DNA of 64,000 nt from Anaeromyxobacteraceae bacterium (GCA_032654565.1 JAULAX010000002.1:1-64000); one strand, 5' to 3'; positions 11,661 through 21,446 are shown, numbered from the stretch's first letter. The notes: a model not told the origin generated them from the sequence alone. Numbers and translations: made by a program.

Positions 11661-14024
11661 ATGAACGGTTCCTGGCGACCCGGCGCACGGTGGGGGCTGC
11701 CACTGGCCCTGATCCTGGCCCTGGTCGGCTGCGCCCGCGACCTCAGCCTCGACCTTCCCACCGCGCCGACGGTGACCGGCCTCACCCCGAAGCAGGCCTA
11801 CGCCGGCCAGCTGGTCACCATCACCGGCTCGAACTTCGCCCCCGACCCGGCCTCGAACGTGGTGGTCTTCCCGCAGGCCACGGCGCGGGCCCACCGCCTC
11901 ACCGCCTCCGGCCTGGTGGTCCGGGTGCCCGCCGGGGCCGGGAGCGGGACGGTGAGCGTCACCGCCACCGGCGGCGCCAGCGCCGCGCTCCCGGGCTTCG
12001 AGTACCTCGGGGCCGGGCAGCTCCGGGACGTCCGGGTCGCCAGCGAGACGCCCCTCCTCCACAAGCCGCGGCGGCTCTACGCCATCGGCGACGCCATCTA
12101 CCTCGACTCGGCCCTCAACGCCGGCGTGCTCCGGCTCGACCAGGCCTCCTTCTTCGCCCCCGGGGGCGCACGCCAGGTGCCGACGACCGGCGGCGGGATC
12201 CTCTACACCATGTCCATCGAGGTGGACGCCGGAATGACCTTCTTCCACCAGCTCCACCGCTTCGACGTCACCGGCTCCGGCCCCACCACCACCCGGAGCG
12301 TGGTCGTCGACACCTGGGACAACATCGGGTACGTCCGCCGGGCCGGCGGCGACCGGCTGGTGGCGCTCGGCCCCTCGCCCACCGCCCCCGACACCCTGGC
12401 CATCTGGACGCTCGACCCCGCGACCCTGGCCGACCTCACCGGCCCCACCGCCACCACCACCTGGATCTCCAGCCAGCCGCTGGACGCCGGCAACGGCCAG
12501 CTGGTGCTGGTGACGCTGGCCAGCCCCACCGGGACGCTGGCGCTCTCGGTGATCGACGTCAACGGCGCGGCGCCGGGCTACGCCGAGATCCCCGCCGGCG
12601 GCCACGCCTTCGACCGGAACACCGTGGCCCTCGGCACCGGCCTGGGCTCCACCGGCCCCGGCGCCCCGGCCACCATCCACCGGCTGGCCGCCGTCGGCCT
12701 GAGCAACGGGAACATCGCCGTCGCCGACCTCGACCTCCCCAGCCCGGCCTTCGCCGCCGCCGAGATCGACACCTACTCCCCCTCGGCCATCGAGGCGCTC
12801 TTCTTCACCTCCGACGGGCAGCTGCTCGCCACCAAGCCGGCCGATGACCTCATCCTCGGCATCGACCTCGCCACCCGCACCGTGGCCTGGTCGGTCCAGG
12901 CCACCCAGCCGACGCGGATGGCGGCCCGCTCCGGCCTGGTCTACGTCGCCAGCCAGGGCGACAACCTGGTCAGCATCCTCGACCCGGTGACGCGCCGGCA
13001 GGTCGGCGCCGTCAGGGCCGACGTCGCCCCCGGGTCGAGCGACGCCTACGCCGGCGTGGCCTTCATGCCCGGCTCCACCAACCCGGCCTGGGCGGCCAAC
13101 TTCCCCGACGCCCTCTACTTCCCCACCGGCCACCCGGCCGCCATGCTCCGCTACGGGCTGGGGTACATGTCCCCGCTGGTCTCCAGCGTCCCCTTCACGC
13201 CGCAGTTCGCCTTCACCAACCCCGTCGACCAGGTGGTCTGGGCGGCCGGCCCCGGCCAGGTGGGGGTGACCGACACCCAGCCGCCCGACGTCTACGCGCT
13301 CCCCGCCACGCCCCGCAAGGTCGCCTTCACCGGCCAGCACGTGGCGCCGTGGGACTCCGGCCACCTGCTGGTGGGGCACGACGCCGGCCTCTCGCTGCTG
13401 CAGGCCGGCGTCATGGGCGGGCAGCGGTGGGACGGCGTCGCCCTCGATCTCGCCGGCCTCACCTCGGTGGGGTTCCTGCCCGGAGGGGCCGCCTACGCCA
13501 CCACCGGCCTCTGGAACGGAGCGGTCTACTGCAGCGCGCTGGTGGGCTGGACGATCGACCGGCTCAAGGCCGGGGACGCCAGCCTGCGGGGCGGCTGGTT
13601 CTGCGACCCCGCCTCCGGCCTGGGGCGGATCACCGCCAGCGCCGTGCTCGAGGGGGGGCTCTGGGTCTTCTTCGACGACCAGAACCCGGACGTCACCCTG
13701 CAGACCACCTCGGCCTACCTGATCGACCCGGCCTGGAACGCCGGGGCCTCCTTCGCCGGCTCGCTCCTCGTCGACTCCGTGCCCTTCACGTCGCCCTTCA
13801 GCAACGCCACCGTGTCACCCAACGGGCGGACCATCGTCCACTGGGAGCCCGGCTTCCGCGGCGGCGCCGACCTCCACGTCAACTCGGCCGACCCCGCCAC
13901 CGGGTTCGCCGAGATCGGCTTCGTCCACTTCGAGGCGACCATCGGCGGCTTCACCTTCGACACCCGGGGTGAGCGGCTCTACCTGCTGACCCGGAGCCCC
14001 GACCGGCTCTACGTCATCGAGTGA
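11661..14024 (+). CDS. Lipoprotein with an IPT/TIG domain and a YncE-like beta-propeller region
   Basis: Lipobox LVGC; PTVTGLTPKQAYAGQLVTITGSNF (IPT/TIG); VYVASQGDNLVSILD propeller blades. Confidence 0.75.
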   Translation: MNGSWRPGARWGLPLALILALVGCARDLSLDLPTAPTVTGLTPKQAYAGQLVTITGSNFAPDPASNVVVFPQATARAHRLTASGLVVRVPAGAGSGTVSVTATGGASAALPGFEYLGAGQLRDVRVASETPLLHKPRRLYAIGDAIYLDSALNAGVLRLDQASFFAPGGARQVPTTGGGILYTMSIEVDAGMTFFHQLHRFDVTGSGPTTTRSVVVDTWDNIGYVRRAGGDRLVALGPSPTAPDTLAIWTLDPATLADLTGPTATTTWISSQPLDAGNGQLVLVTLASPTGTLALSVIDVNGAAPGYAEIPAGGHAFDRNTVALGTGLGSTGPGAPATIHRLAAVGLSNGNIAVADLDLPSPAFAAAEIDTYSPSAIEALFFTSDGQLLATKPADDLILGIDLATRTVAWSVQATQPTRMAARSGLVYVASQGDNLVSILDPVTRRQVGAVRADVAPGSSDAYAGVAFMPGSTNPAWAANFPDALYFPTGHPAAMLRYGLGYMSPLVSSVPFTPQFAFTNPVDQVVWAAGPGQVGVTDTQPPDVYALPATPRKVAFTGQHVAPWDSGHLLVGHDAGLSLLQAGVMGGQRWDGVALDLAGLTSVGFLPGGAAYATTGLWNGAVYCSALVGWTIDRLKAGDASLRGGWFCDPASGLGRITASAVLEGGLWVFFDDQNPDVTLQTTSAYLIDPAWNAGASFAGSLLVDSVPFTSPFSNATVSPNGRTIVHWEPGFRGGADLHVNSADPATGFAEIGFVHFEATIGGFTFDTRGERLYLLTRSPDRLYVIE

Positions 14025-14092
14025 CCGCGGCGCGCCGCCCCGCTCGGGGCGCGCCGCCCACCCGCACCTGCTCCCGGACCCGGTGACGAGCG

Positions 14093-14548
14093 CTACGGCC
14101 GGGACACCCCGGCCGGGCCGGTGCTCGGCGCCGCCTTGACCGCCGAGGGATCGGCGTTGACGCCGGACCGGTAGGCGCCGGCGGCCCCGGTCTCGACGCG
14201 GGTCGGCAGGGAGCCGGCGGCCTCGGCGCCCTTGGCAGGCGAGACGTCCACCGCCTCGGCCTTGAAGCCGGCCTCGGGGCCCGAGGTGAGGCGGGCCGGC
14301 AGGGCGTTGATCGGCTCGCCGACCTTGGCGGGGGCGGCGTCGGCCACCGACCCCGCCTTGAGACCGACCGGTGCCGCGTCGATGAAGGAGGCCGTGGCGC
14401 CCGGCGCGCGCGCCAGGGCCTTGGCCTCGCCTCCGACGCCGGCCTGGTAGGTCCCGGCCCGGGTGGCGACGGGCTCGACGGCGAGCGCGGCCGTGGGGGC
14501 CAGCAGCGAGACGATTCCGACGACGAGGACCTTGGTGATGGTAGTCAT
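14093..14548 (-). CDS. Secreted Ala/Gly/Pro-rich hypothetical protein with degenerate repeats
   Basis: GGAGG RBS; signal peptide ending ALA; recurring [IV][DN]AxP motifs. Confidence 0.7.
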   Translation of the reverse strand: MTTITKVLVVGIVSLLAPTAALAVEPVATRAGTYQAGVGGEAKALARAPGATASFIDAAPVGLKAGSVADAAPAKVGEPINALPARLTSGPEAGFKAEAVDVSPAKGAEAAGSLPTRVETGAAGAYRSGVNADPSAVKAAPSTGPAGVSRP

Positions 14549-14572
14549 TTCAGCCTCCTTTCGTGCCGCGGA

Positions 14573-16006
14573 TCAGTACAGCGTCCAGGTGTAGGTGGTG
14601 CCGGCGCCGAGGTAGGCGCTGCAGGTCTGCCAGTAGAGGGTGCTGGCGAGGTTCCAGGCCCGCAGGTCGCGGTACCCCGCCCCCACGTTGCTGAGCGTGA
14701 AGTTGGTGTAGGCCGGGATGGTGGAGGCAGCGAGCTGGTCGGAGCCCCAGATGCCGGAGGAGCAGCCCAGCGTGGAGAGCGGCGTGTAGAGCCACCCCAT
14801 GGTCTGGGCGGTGGTGTTGGCCACCTTCAGGCAGGCGGTGCCGGACGGCATGTAGAGCGACCAGGTGAAGGTGCCGCTGGCGGTGATGGAGATGCCGTAG
14901 CTGGTCCAGATGATGCCGTCGCCGCCCACCGCCTTCACGTCGTAGAAGCCCGTCGGGATGCTCCCCAGGGTGAACACGCCGAGCGAGGCGATCGAGGAGG
15001 TCAGCTGGTTGATCCCCCAGAGGCCGGAGGAGGCCGGCGAGACGTACAGCTGGCTGACCGGGTTGCAGTGGTAGTTGTTGATCTTCAGGGACCCGGTCTG
15101 GACCACCGGCGGCAGCAGCGTCCAGGTCGAGGTCCCCCCGGCGGTGATGGTGACCGAGGAGGTCAGCCAGAAGGTCACGCCGTCCGACGCCACGGCCTTG
15201 AAGTCGTAGGTGCCGGCGGGGATGTTGACCAGGGTGAAGTTGCCGCCCGGGCCGATGGTGCTGGGCAGCTGATCGGCGCCCCAGGTCGCCGCCGAGGCTG
15301 GCGACACGAAGAGCTGGGTGATGGTGTAGGAGGTGCTGTTGACCACGTAGAGGGAGCCCACGGTCGGGGCCGGCGGCAGCAGGGTCCAGGTGGAGGTCCC
15401 ACCGGCGGAGATCGACACCGAGTTGGTCTGCCAGAGCGTGGCGCCGTCCGACGCCACCGCCTTGAAGTCGTAGGTCCCGACCGGGATGTTGATCAGCGTG
15501 AAGTTCCCGCCCGCCGCGATGGCGGAGGTCAGCTGGTTGGCGCCCCAGGTCGCGGCCGAGGCCGGTGAGACGAAGAGCTGCGAGATGGTGAAGCTGGTGC
15601 TGTTCACCACGTAGAGCGAGCCGGTGGTGGGGGCACCCGGCGTCACCGTCCAGGTGTAGAGGCCGCCCGCGGTGATGGAGATGGAGTTGGCCTGCCAGAA
15701 GGTCACGCCGTCCGAGGCCACCGCCTTGAAGTCGTAGGTCCCGACCGGGATGCTGGAGACCGTGAAGGTCCCGGACGGAACGATCGATGAGGTCAGCTGG
15801 TTCGCCCCCCAGGTGGCCGCCGAGGCCGGGGAGATGAGGAGCTGGGTGATGGTGGAGGTGGAGGAGTTCACCAGGCGCATCGAGCCGGTGGTCGCCCCTC
15901 CGCCGCCCGGGTTGGTGCTGCCGCCGCCGCCGCCGCCGCAGCTCGCCAGGAGCGCCAGCGCCGTCACCGCGAGGAGCCGAGAACCCTGCCGCCTGATCTT
16001 CGTCAT
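14573..16006 (-). CDS. Lipoprotein made of five tandem beta-rich repeats of about 88 aa
   Basis: Lipobox LASC plus Gly linker; repeat unit GSLxVVNSTSxTIxQLFVSPASAATWGAxQL...GTYDFKAVASDG...TWTL. Confidence 0.85.
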   Translation of the reverse strand: MTKIRRQGSRLLAVTALALLASCGGGGGGSTNPGGGGATTGSMRLVNSSTSTITQLLISPASAATWGANQLTSSIVPSGTFTVSSIPVGTYDFKAVASDGVTFWQANSISITAGGLYTWTVTPGAPTTGSLYVVNSTSFTISQLFVSPASAATWGANQLTSAIAAGGNFTLINIPVGTYDFKAVASDGATLWQTNSVSISAGGTSTWTLLPPAPTVGSLYVVNSTSYTITQLFVSPASAATWGADQLPSTIGPGGNFTLVNIPAGTYDFKAVASDGVTFWLTSSVTITAGGTSTWTLLPPVVQTGSLKINNYHCNPVSQLYVSPASSGLWGINQLTSSIASLGVFTLGSIPTGFYDVKAVGGDGIIWTSYGISITASGTFTWSLYMPSGTACLKVANTTAQTMGWLYTPLSTLGCSSGIWGSDQLAASTIPAYTNFTLSNVGAGYRDLRAWNLASTLYWQTCSAYLGAGTTYTWTLY

Positions 16007-16338
16007 GAGGCTGCCTCCATGCCTGTTGAGCTACCCGTTCGAGTCAGAGGGATTGTGGGGGAGGCCGCGACAACGTGACACAGGGAAACGAGATCGGCCC
16101 CTTTTGAGCCGCACGTAATTGACCGTCATCATAACCTGCCATCCGCCAGGACCGTCGCCTCCCTGTGACCGGGCGTCCGGAGCCGGCGCCCCCCCGCGCG
16201 TCCGTTCTGGCCGACGCTCCGGCGATCACCTACGCTCCGCTCCTCCCCCTCGCCTCCTCACCGGATCCCCGGAGCTCGCCGCATGCCCGCACGCCCGCGC
16301 CCCTCGAACAGGCGCCGCTCCCGCCACGGGTCCCCGGC

Positions 16339-17070
16339 GTGAACCGCTGGGGCGCGGTCCGGCTGCTGCTGGTCGGCCTGGTGCTGGCGGCCCTGGCCGT
16401 CTCGGTGGCGCGGCGGCCGGACTGGATCCTCGAGGCGCTGCTCGCCGCCCGCGACGGCGGCGCCGCGGGGCGGCTGGCCTACGGGCTCCTCTACCTGGGC
16501 GCCGGCCTGCTCATGCTCCCGGCCGGCCCGCTCACCGTGGGGGCGGGCCACGCCTTCGGCCCGCTGGTGGGGGTGCTGGTGGCGGCGCCGGCCACCTGCC
16601 TGGCCTCCTGCCTCCCCTTCCTGCTGGGGCGCACGCTGCTGCGCGAGGTGGTGGCCCGGCGGCTGGTCCGGGTGGCCGAGTGGCCGGTGATCTCCGAGGC
16701 CATCCGCCGCAGCGGCTTCCAGGTGGTGGCGCTGCTGCGAGCCACGCCGCTGGTCCCCTTCCCGGTGCTCAACTACTTCGTGGGGGCCACGCCGCTGCGG
16801 CTGCGTGACTTCGCCGCCGGCTCCTTCGTGGGGATGCTGCCCGGCACCATCCTCTACGCCTGGCTCGGCTCGCTGCTGCCGGATCCGCGCCAGGCGGTGC
16901 GTGGCGTCGGCTTCGACTCCTGGGGCGCGCTGGCCGGGCTGGCCCTGCTCACCGCCGCGGTGACGCTGCTGGCCCGCCGCGCCCTGCTCCGGGCGCTGGC
17001 CGAGGCGCGCGCTACCGCGCCTTCGCCGGCCCCTGCTCCACCGGCCCCGGCCAGTCGGACATCGCCCTGA
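16339..17070 (+). CDS. TVP38/TMEM64 (VTT, DedA superfamily) membrane protein; start uncertain, may be as early as 16165
   Basis: LPAGPLTVGAGHAFG, FLLGRTLLR, LRATPLVPFPVLNY and GMLPGTILYAWLG motifs. Confidence 0.85.
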   Translation: MNRWGAVRLLLVGLVLAALAVSVARRPDWILEALLAARDGGAAGRLAYGLLYLGAGLLMLPAGPLTVGAGHAFGPLVGVLVAAPATCLASCLPFLLGRTLLREVVARRLVRVAEWPVISEAIRRSGFQVVALLRATPLVPFPVLNYFVGATPLRLRDFAAGSFVGMLPGTILYAWLGSLLPDPRQAVRGVGFDSWGALAGLALLTAAVTLLARRALLRALAEARATAPSPAPAPPAPASRTSP

Positions 17071-17401
17071 GGTCGTAGAGCGCGGTGAAGCCCTTCTTCC
17101 GCAGCTCGGCGGCGGCGATGCCGCTGCGCCGGCCGCTCCGGCAGTAGAGGAGCACCGGCTTCCCGGTGTCGCCCAGCTCGGCGCTGCGGGCCGCCACCTG
17201 GTCGTAGGGGATGTTGCGGGCGCCGGGGACGTGGCCGCCCTCGAACTCCTGCGCGGTGCGGACGTCGAGGACGGTGACGCCGCGGGCCTGGAGCTGCACC
17301 GCGGTGGCCCCGTCGACCGGGCCGGGGGGCGGCAGCGGCCGGGTGTCCGGTGCGGCCAGCGAGACGAGGGCGACGACGACGGTGGCGAGCGGGAACAGCA
17401 T
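17012..17401 (-). CDS. Exported rhodanese-like domain protein (PspE-like)
   Basis: LDVRTAQEFEGGHVPGARNIP; active-site loop YCRSGRRS; GGAGGAG RBS. Confidence 0.9.
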   Translation of the reverse strand: MLFPLATVVVALVSLAAPDTRPLPPPGPVDGATAVQLQARGVTVLDVRTAQEFEGGHVPGARNIPYDQVAARSAELGDTGKPVLLYCRSGRRSGIAAAELRKKGFTALYDLRAMSDWPGPVEQGPAKAR

Positions 17402-17494
17402 GACTCCTCCTGGATTCGTTGCAGGGCCGCGGGCCGGCAGCCACTCGAGCATGTGAGCCGTCACCGGCGGAAAGGATTCGTCCGGGGACCCCTC

Positions 17495-18535
17495 CTACCA
17501 CCTGGCGGTGCGGTCCTCGAGCACGCAGGCCACCCCGCCCAGCTGGAGGGGCTGACCGCCGGGCCCGGGCACGGTGCCGGAGAGCTCGCCGGCCAGCTGG
17601 GAGGTGGAGAGCGAGACCAGCAGCATCCCCCGCGAGTCGCGGTGGGCCGCCGTTGGCTGGAAGACCAGGTCGACGGCGCCGTCGGGGGAGAGGATGCGGC
17701 ACGGGGCGGTGGCGGTGCCCGGGTCGAGCTCCACCACCACCGGCGGCAGCGCCACCGGTCCGGCGCCGATCAGCAGCACGTCGTCGGCGCCGTCGTCGTT
17801 GCCGGCGCCGGGCAGCCCGTCGACCAGCTGGAGCGCCACCGGGCGCCCGTCGGCCAGCCGCCCGGCCGCGGTGGCCTTGCGCCAGCCGACCTCGCGGGGG
17901 AAGAGCCCGGCGCCGTACTCCAGCACCGCCAGGCCGCCCTGCAGCGCCACCGGCCGGCCGCGCACCTCGAGCGTCCCCTCGACGGGCAGCGGCCCGGTCA
18001 CCTGGGTGGCCCGCAGCCCGTCCTCGGGGAGGGCGGCCACCAGCGAGAAGGGCTCGGGGGCGCCGCGGGTGTCGAGCAGCACGTCGAGCCGGAGCGAGCC
18101 CCCCAGGTCGGCGGTGAGCCGGAAGCGGTCGGCGCGGCGCTCCAGCCCCAGCGCCACCCCCGGCGCCGTGAAGCTGGCGCGGGCCCCCGCCCCGGGCCGG
18201 TCGCCGACGTGGACGTTGAGCCCGGTGACCCCGGCGGCGTCGCGGTCGAAGAGCACCTCGCCGCTGCTCCGCTCGGCGATCCAGGCCGAGCCGCCCGCCA
18301 GGGTGCCGCCGTCGAGGATCTCGACGAAGAGCAGGTAGCCGGGGAGCGCCAGCAGCGCCCGCTGCCAGCGCTTGGTGCGGGCGGCGTGGCGCAGCGAGGC
18401 CATCATCCCGTCCGGCGCCAGCGAGGCCAGCTCGACGCGCCCGAGCGAGCCGGCGTAGCGGCCGAGGCGCGGCTCGCCGGTGGGGCCGAGCGCGGCGGCG
18501 GGGGCCCGTGGCAGGGGCGGCGAGGAGAGGTTCAC
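17495..18535 (-). CDS. DUF2804-like family protein
   Basis: KRWQ...; LEYGAGLFPREVGWRKATAAG; VDLVFQP...QLAGELSG...GVACVLEDRTARW C-terminus. Confidence 0.7.
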   Translation of the reverse strand: MNLSSPPLPRAPAAALGPTGEPRLGRYAGSLGRVELASLAPDGMMASLRHAARTKRWQRALLALPGYLLFVEILDGGTLAGGSAWIAERSSGEVLFDRDAAGVTGLNVHVGDRPGAGARASFTAPGVALGLERRADRFRLTADLGGSLRLDVLLDTRGAPEPFSLVAALPEDGLRATQVTGPLPVEGTLEVRGRPVALQGGLAVLEYGAGLFPREVGWRKATAAGRLADGRPVALQLVDGLPGAGNDDGADDVLLIGAGPVALPPVVVELDPGTATAPCRILSPDGAVDLVFQPTAAHRDSRGMLLVSLSTSQLAGELSGTVPGPGGQPLQLGGVACVLEDRTARW

Positions 18536-18633
18536 GATCCAACTCTAGGGCGAGGTGGCCAATCCGGAAATGAAAGAGCGCACCCCGGTGGGATGCGCTC
18601 GGCGTCGCGGGGCCGGGAGGCGCGGGGCCAAGA

Positions 18634-19557
18634 CTACGCCGGCTGGTGGGCCTCGAGGCCGACCGGGATGGGCAGGCGGGCGCGCGCCCCCTCGCTCCCC
18701 TCGGAGACCTGGACCACCCGGTGGCAGCTCGGGTCGCCGAGGACGCGCTTCACCAGCGCCTGGTTGAGGGCGTGGCCACCCTTGACCGCGGTGAAGGCGC
18801 CCAGCACCGGCCGCCCCAGCAGGGCCAGGTCGCCGATGGCGTCGAGCACCTTGTGGCGGGCGAACTCGTCGGGCCAGCGCAGCCCCTCGGGGTTGAGGAT
18901 CGAGTACTCGTCGACGACGATGGCGTTCTCCAGGCTGCCGCCCTTGGCCAGCCCCATCGACTGCATCAGCTCGATGTCCTTGCGGAAGCAGAAGGTGCGG
19001 GCCCGCGCCACCTCGCGCTCGTAGGAGCGGTCGGAGACGGTCACCTGGAATCCCTGGTTGGTGATGAGCGGGTGGCCGAAGTCGGCGGTGAAGCTGACCG
19101 AGAAGCCCTCGGCCGGCTCGAAGCGGGCCAGCTTGTCGCCCTCGCGGATCTCCACCGGCTGGGTGATGACCACGTAGCGCTTGGCGGCCTTCTGCACCTT
19201 GACGCCGGCCTCGTTGACCAGGGCGACGAAGGGGGCGGCCGAGCCGTCGAGGATGGGGATCTCCGGGCCGTCCACCTCGACGCGGCAGTTGTCGATCCCC
19301 ATGCCGTGGAGCGCGGAGAGGACGTGCTCGACGGTGGAGACGCGGGCCTGGCCCACGGCCAGGGAGGTGGAGAGCCGGGTGTCGACGACCAGGTCGTGGC
19401 GGGCCGGGATCTCGACGCCGAGGTCCATGCGGACGAAGGCGATGCCGGCGTCGGCCGCGGCCGGGGCCAGGGTGAGCGTGACCGGCGCGCCCGAGTGCAG
19501 GCCGACGCCCGTGCACGAGACCCGCTTCGCCACCGTCCGCTGATTCCAGTAAGCCAT
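18634..19557 (-). CDS. lpxC: UDP-3-O-acyl-N-acetylglucosamine deacetylase
   Basis: QRTVAK...GVGLHSG, TVEHVLSALHG, EIPILDGSA, ARARTF, RHKVLDAIGDL and GGHALN motifs. Confidence 0.97.
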   Translation of the reverse strand: MAYWNQRTVAKRVSCTGVGLHSGAPVTLTLAPAAADAGIAFVRMDLGVEIPARHDLVVDTRLSTSLAVGQARVSTVEHVLSALHGMGIDNCRVEVDGPEIPILDGSAAPFVALVNEAGVKVQKAAKRYVVITQPVEIREGDKLARFEPAEGFSVSFTADFGHPLITNQGFQVTVSDRSYEREVARARTFCFRKDIELMQSMGLAKGGSLENAIVVDEYSILNPEGLRWPDEFARHKVLDAIGDLALLGRPVLGAFTAVKGGHALNQALVKRVLGDPSCHRVVQVSEGSEGARARLPIPVGLEAHQPA

Positions 19558-19656
19558 GTTCGATCTGCCTTCCACGAAGTTCGCCGCGGCCTTCAGTTCC
19601 CGTCGCCACCGGGGGAGACGCCACAGGAGGCGGCCGCTCTGGCGGACCCAGGAAGT

Positions 19657-19672
19657 AGCAACCGGCGTGCCA
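19657..19672 (-). promoter_or_regulatory. Sigma54 (-24/-12) promoter of lpxC
   Basis: The minus strand reads TGGCACGCCGGTTGCT, an exact match to TGGCACG-N4-TTGCW, about 100 bp upstream of the start codon. Confidence 0.75.
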
Positions 19673-19830
19673 CGGATGGGTTGCGGCGCGCCTTGAATGA
19701 CGCAATTCGCCAACCATCCAAGCTACTGTTTATACTTGGTATATATGTCATTCAGGTCTGGGGGTCGCTGCCGAAGGAGCCGACCCGGGGTCGGACCCCG
19801 TCGGAATCCCTGACACCCCGAGGCGGCGGC

Positions 19831-19848
19831 CATGACATCCCTGTCATG
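19831..19848. promoter_or_regulatory. Palindrome, candidate enhancer-binding protein site for the lpxC sigma54 promoter
   Basis: Perfect 7-bp inverted repeat CATGACA-TCCC-TGTCATG, about 160 bp upstream of the -24 box. Confidence 0.5.
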
Positions 19849-19903
19849 TTCGACCAGCCCCACCCGGCATCCGCCCCGGCCCGCCAGGCGCCCGCCGCCC
19901 CTC

Positions 19904-20941
19904 CTAGAGCAGGTTCCCCTGCCCGCCCGGCCGATCACGCCCGTCGACGCGGCCGAGGTGGCGGTAGGCCGCCTCCAGCGCCATCCGCCCCCGCGAGGTC
20001 CGGGCCAGGAACCCTTCGCGCACCAGGAAGGGCTCGTAGACGTCCTCGATGGTCCCCGACTCCTCGCCCACCGAGGCCGCCACCGCGTCGATGCCGACCG
20101 GCCCGCCGCCGAAGGTGTCGATGACCACGGCCAGGATGCGCCGGTCCATGGCGTCGAGCCCGCGCCCGTCGACGTCGAGCCGGCGCAGCGTGGTCTCGAC
20201 CACCTCGCTGGTGAGCCGCCCGTCCCCCTCCACCTGGGCGAAGTCGCGGGCCCGCTGCAGCAGCCGGATGGCGATGCGCGGCGTCCCCCGGGCCCGGGCC
20301 GCCAGCTCCTCCACCGCCGCCGCCTCGACCGGGAGCTGGAGCTTGCGCGCCGCCCGGCTGGCGATCTCGGTGAGCTCGTGGGTGGCGTAGTAGTCGAGCC
20401 GCTCCTGGATGGGGAAGCGGTCGCGCAGCGGCGCCGCCAGCAGGCCGGTCCGGGTGGTGGCGCCGATGAGCGTGAACCGCTCCAGCTTCATCTCCATGGA
20501 CTGGGCGCCGATGCCGGCCCCCAGCACCACGTCGAAGCGGTAGTCCTCCATGGCCGGGTAGAGCGCCTCCTCGACCGAGGGGGAGAGCCGGTGGATCTCG
20601 TCGATGAAGAGGATGTCGCGCGGCTGCAGCGCGGTGAGCAGGCCGGCCAGGTCGCCCTTCTTCACCAGGGCCGGGCCGCTGGTGACGTGGAGCGTGACCT
20701 GAAGCTCGCGCGCCAGGATGTGGGCCATCGAGGTCTTGCCGAGGCCGGGGGGGCCGGAGAGCAGCACGTGGTCGAGCGCCTCGCCGCGGGCCCGGGCGGC
20801 CCGCGCGTAGACCTTGACGTTCTCGACGATCTTCTCCTGCCCGACGTACTCCTCGAACGTGGCGGGGCGGAGCGACTGCTCCAGCTTCGCCTCCCCCTCC
20901 AGCGCTCCGGCGCCGACGTCGCGGACGGCCTTCATGCTCAT
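19904..20941 (-). CDS. ruvB: Holliday junction branch migration helicase RuvB
   Basis: LRPATFEEYVGQ, GPPGLGKTS, LFIDEIHRL, LIGATTRTGLL and RGTPRIA motifs. Confidence 0.98.
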   Translation of the reverse strand: MSMKAVRDVGAGALEGEAKLEQSLRPATFEEYVGQEKIVENVKVYARAARARGEALDHVLLSGPPGLGKTSMAHILARELQVTLHVTSGPALVKKGDLAGLLTALQPRDILFIDEIHRLSPSVEEALYPAMEDYRFDVVLGAGIGAQSMEMKLERFTLIGATTRTGLLAAPLRDRFPIQERLDYYATHELTEIASRAARKLQLPVEAAAVEELAARARGTPRIAIRLLQRARDFAQVEGDGRLTSEVVETTLRRLDVDGRGLDAMDRRILAVVIDTFGGGPVGIDAVAASVGEESGTIEDVYEPFLVREGFLARTSRGRMALEAAYRHLGRVDGRDRPGGQGNLL

Positions 20942-21008
20942 GCCACTCCTTCACTACCACGCCCCGCCGACGGAGATGGGGTCGTGGCCCAGGTGACGGG
21001 CCGCGGGG

Positions 21009-21446
21009 CTAGCGAAGCACGCCCAGCCTCCGCGCCCGCCTCGAGTACCAGGCCAGGAAGACGCAGCCGGCGAGGATCACCCCCTGGAGCAGGAGCATCG
21101 CCGCGCCGCTCCCGGGCATGGGCGCGATGAGGTGGGCGTGGACCACGGACAGGAGGTACGCCGCCAGGGAGACCGCGAACACGGGGGCCGCGAGCCGGCT
21201 CCGGAAGAGCAGGAGCACCGACCCCAGCAGCGCGCCCCATACGCCGATGGCCCAGACCGCGGTCATCCAGCCCGGGAGTGCGTGGAAGTGGCGGATCTGG
21301 TCGGGCGACATGCCCACCGAGATCAGGTAGGCGTCACCCCGGAGCTTCGACATCGCGTAGTCGAAGGCGCCGTAGCCGTTCCATGGTACCGACAGCGCTC
21401 CCACGACCCAGTGGTGAACGGGCGTCCTCACGTCTGCATCGCTCAT
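21009..21446 (-). CDS. Hypothetical four-TM membrane protein inserted between ruvA and ruvB
   Basis: GGAG RBS; hydrophobic helices; WNGYGAFDY...PGWMTAVWAIGVWGALLGSVLLLFR. Confidence 0.75.
   Translation of the reverse strand: MSDADVRTPVHHWVVGALSVPWNGYGAFDYAMSKLRGDAYLISVGMSPDQIRHFHALPGWMTAVWAIGVWGALLGSVLLLFRSRLAAPVFAVSLAAYLLSVVHAHLIAPMPGSGAAMLLLQGVILAGCVFLAWYSRRARRLGVLR

Noticed and set aside
16007..16160. Riboswitch (c-di-GMP/GEMM) upstream of the repeat lipoprotein
   Set aside because: The characteristic GEMM core motifs were not found on either strand.
19725..19757. LexA box in the AT-rich tract upstream of lpxC
   Set aside because: Only the TTCAG half matches; better explained as a bendable spacer in the sigma54 promoter.
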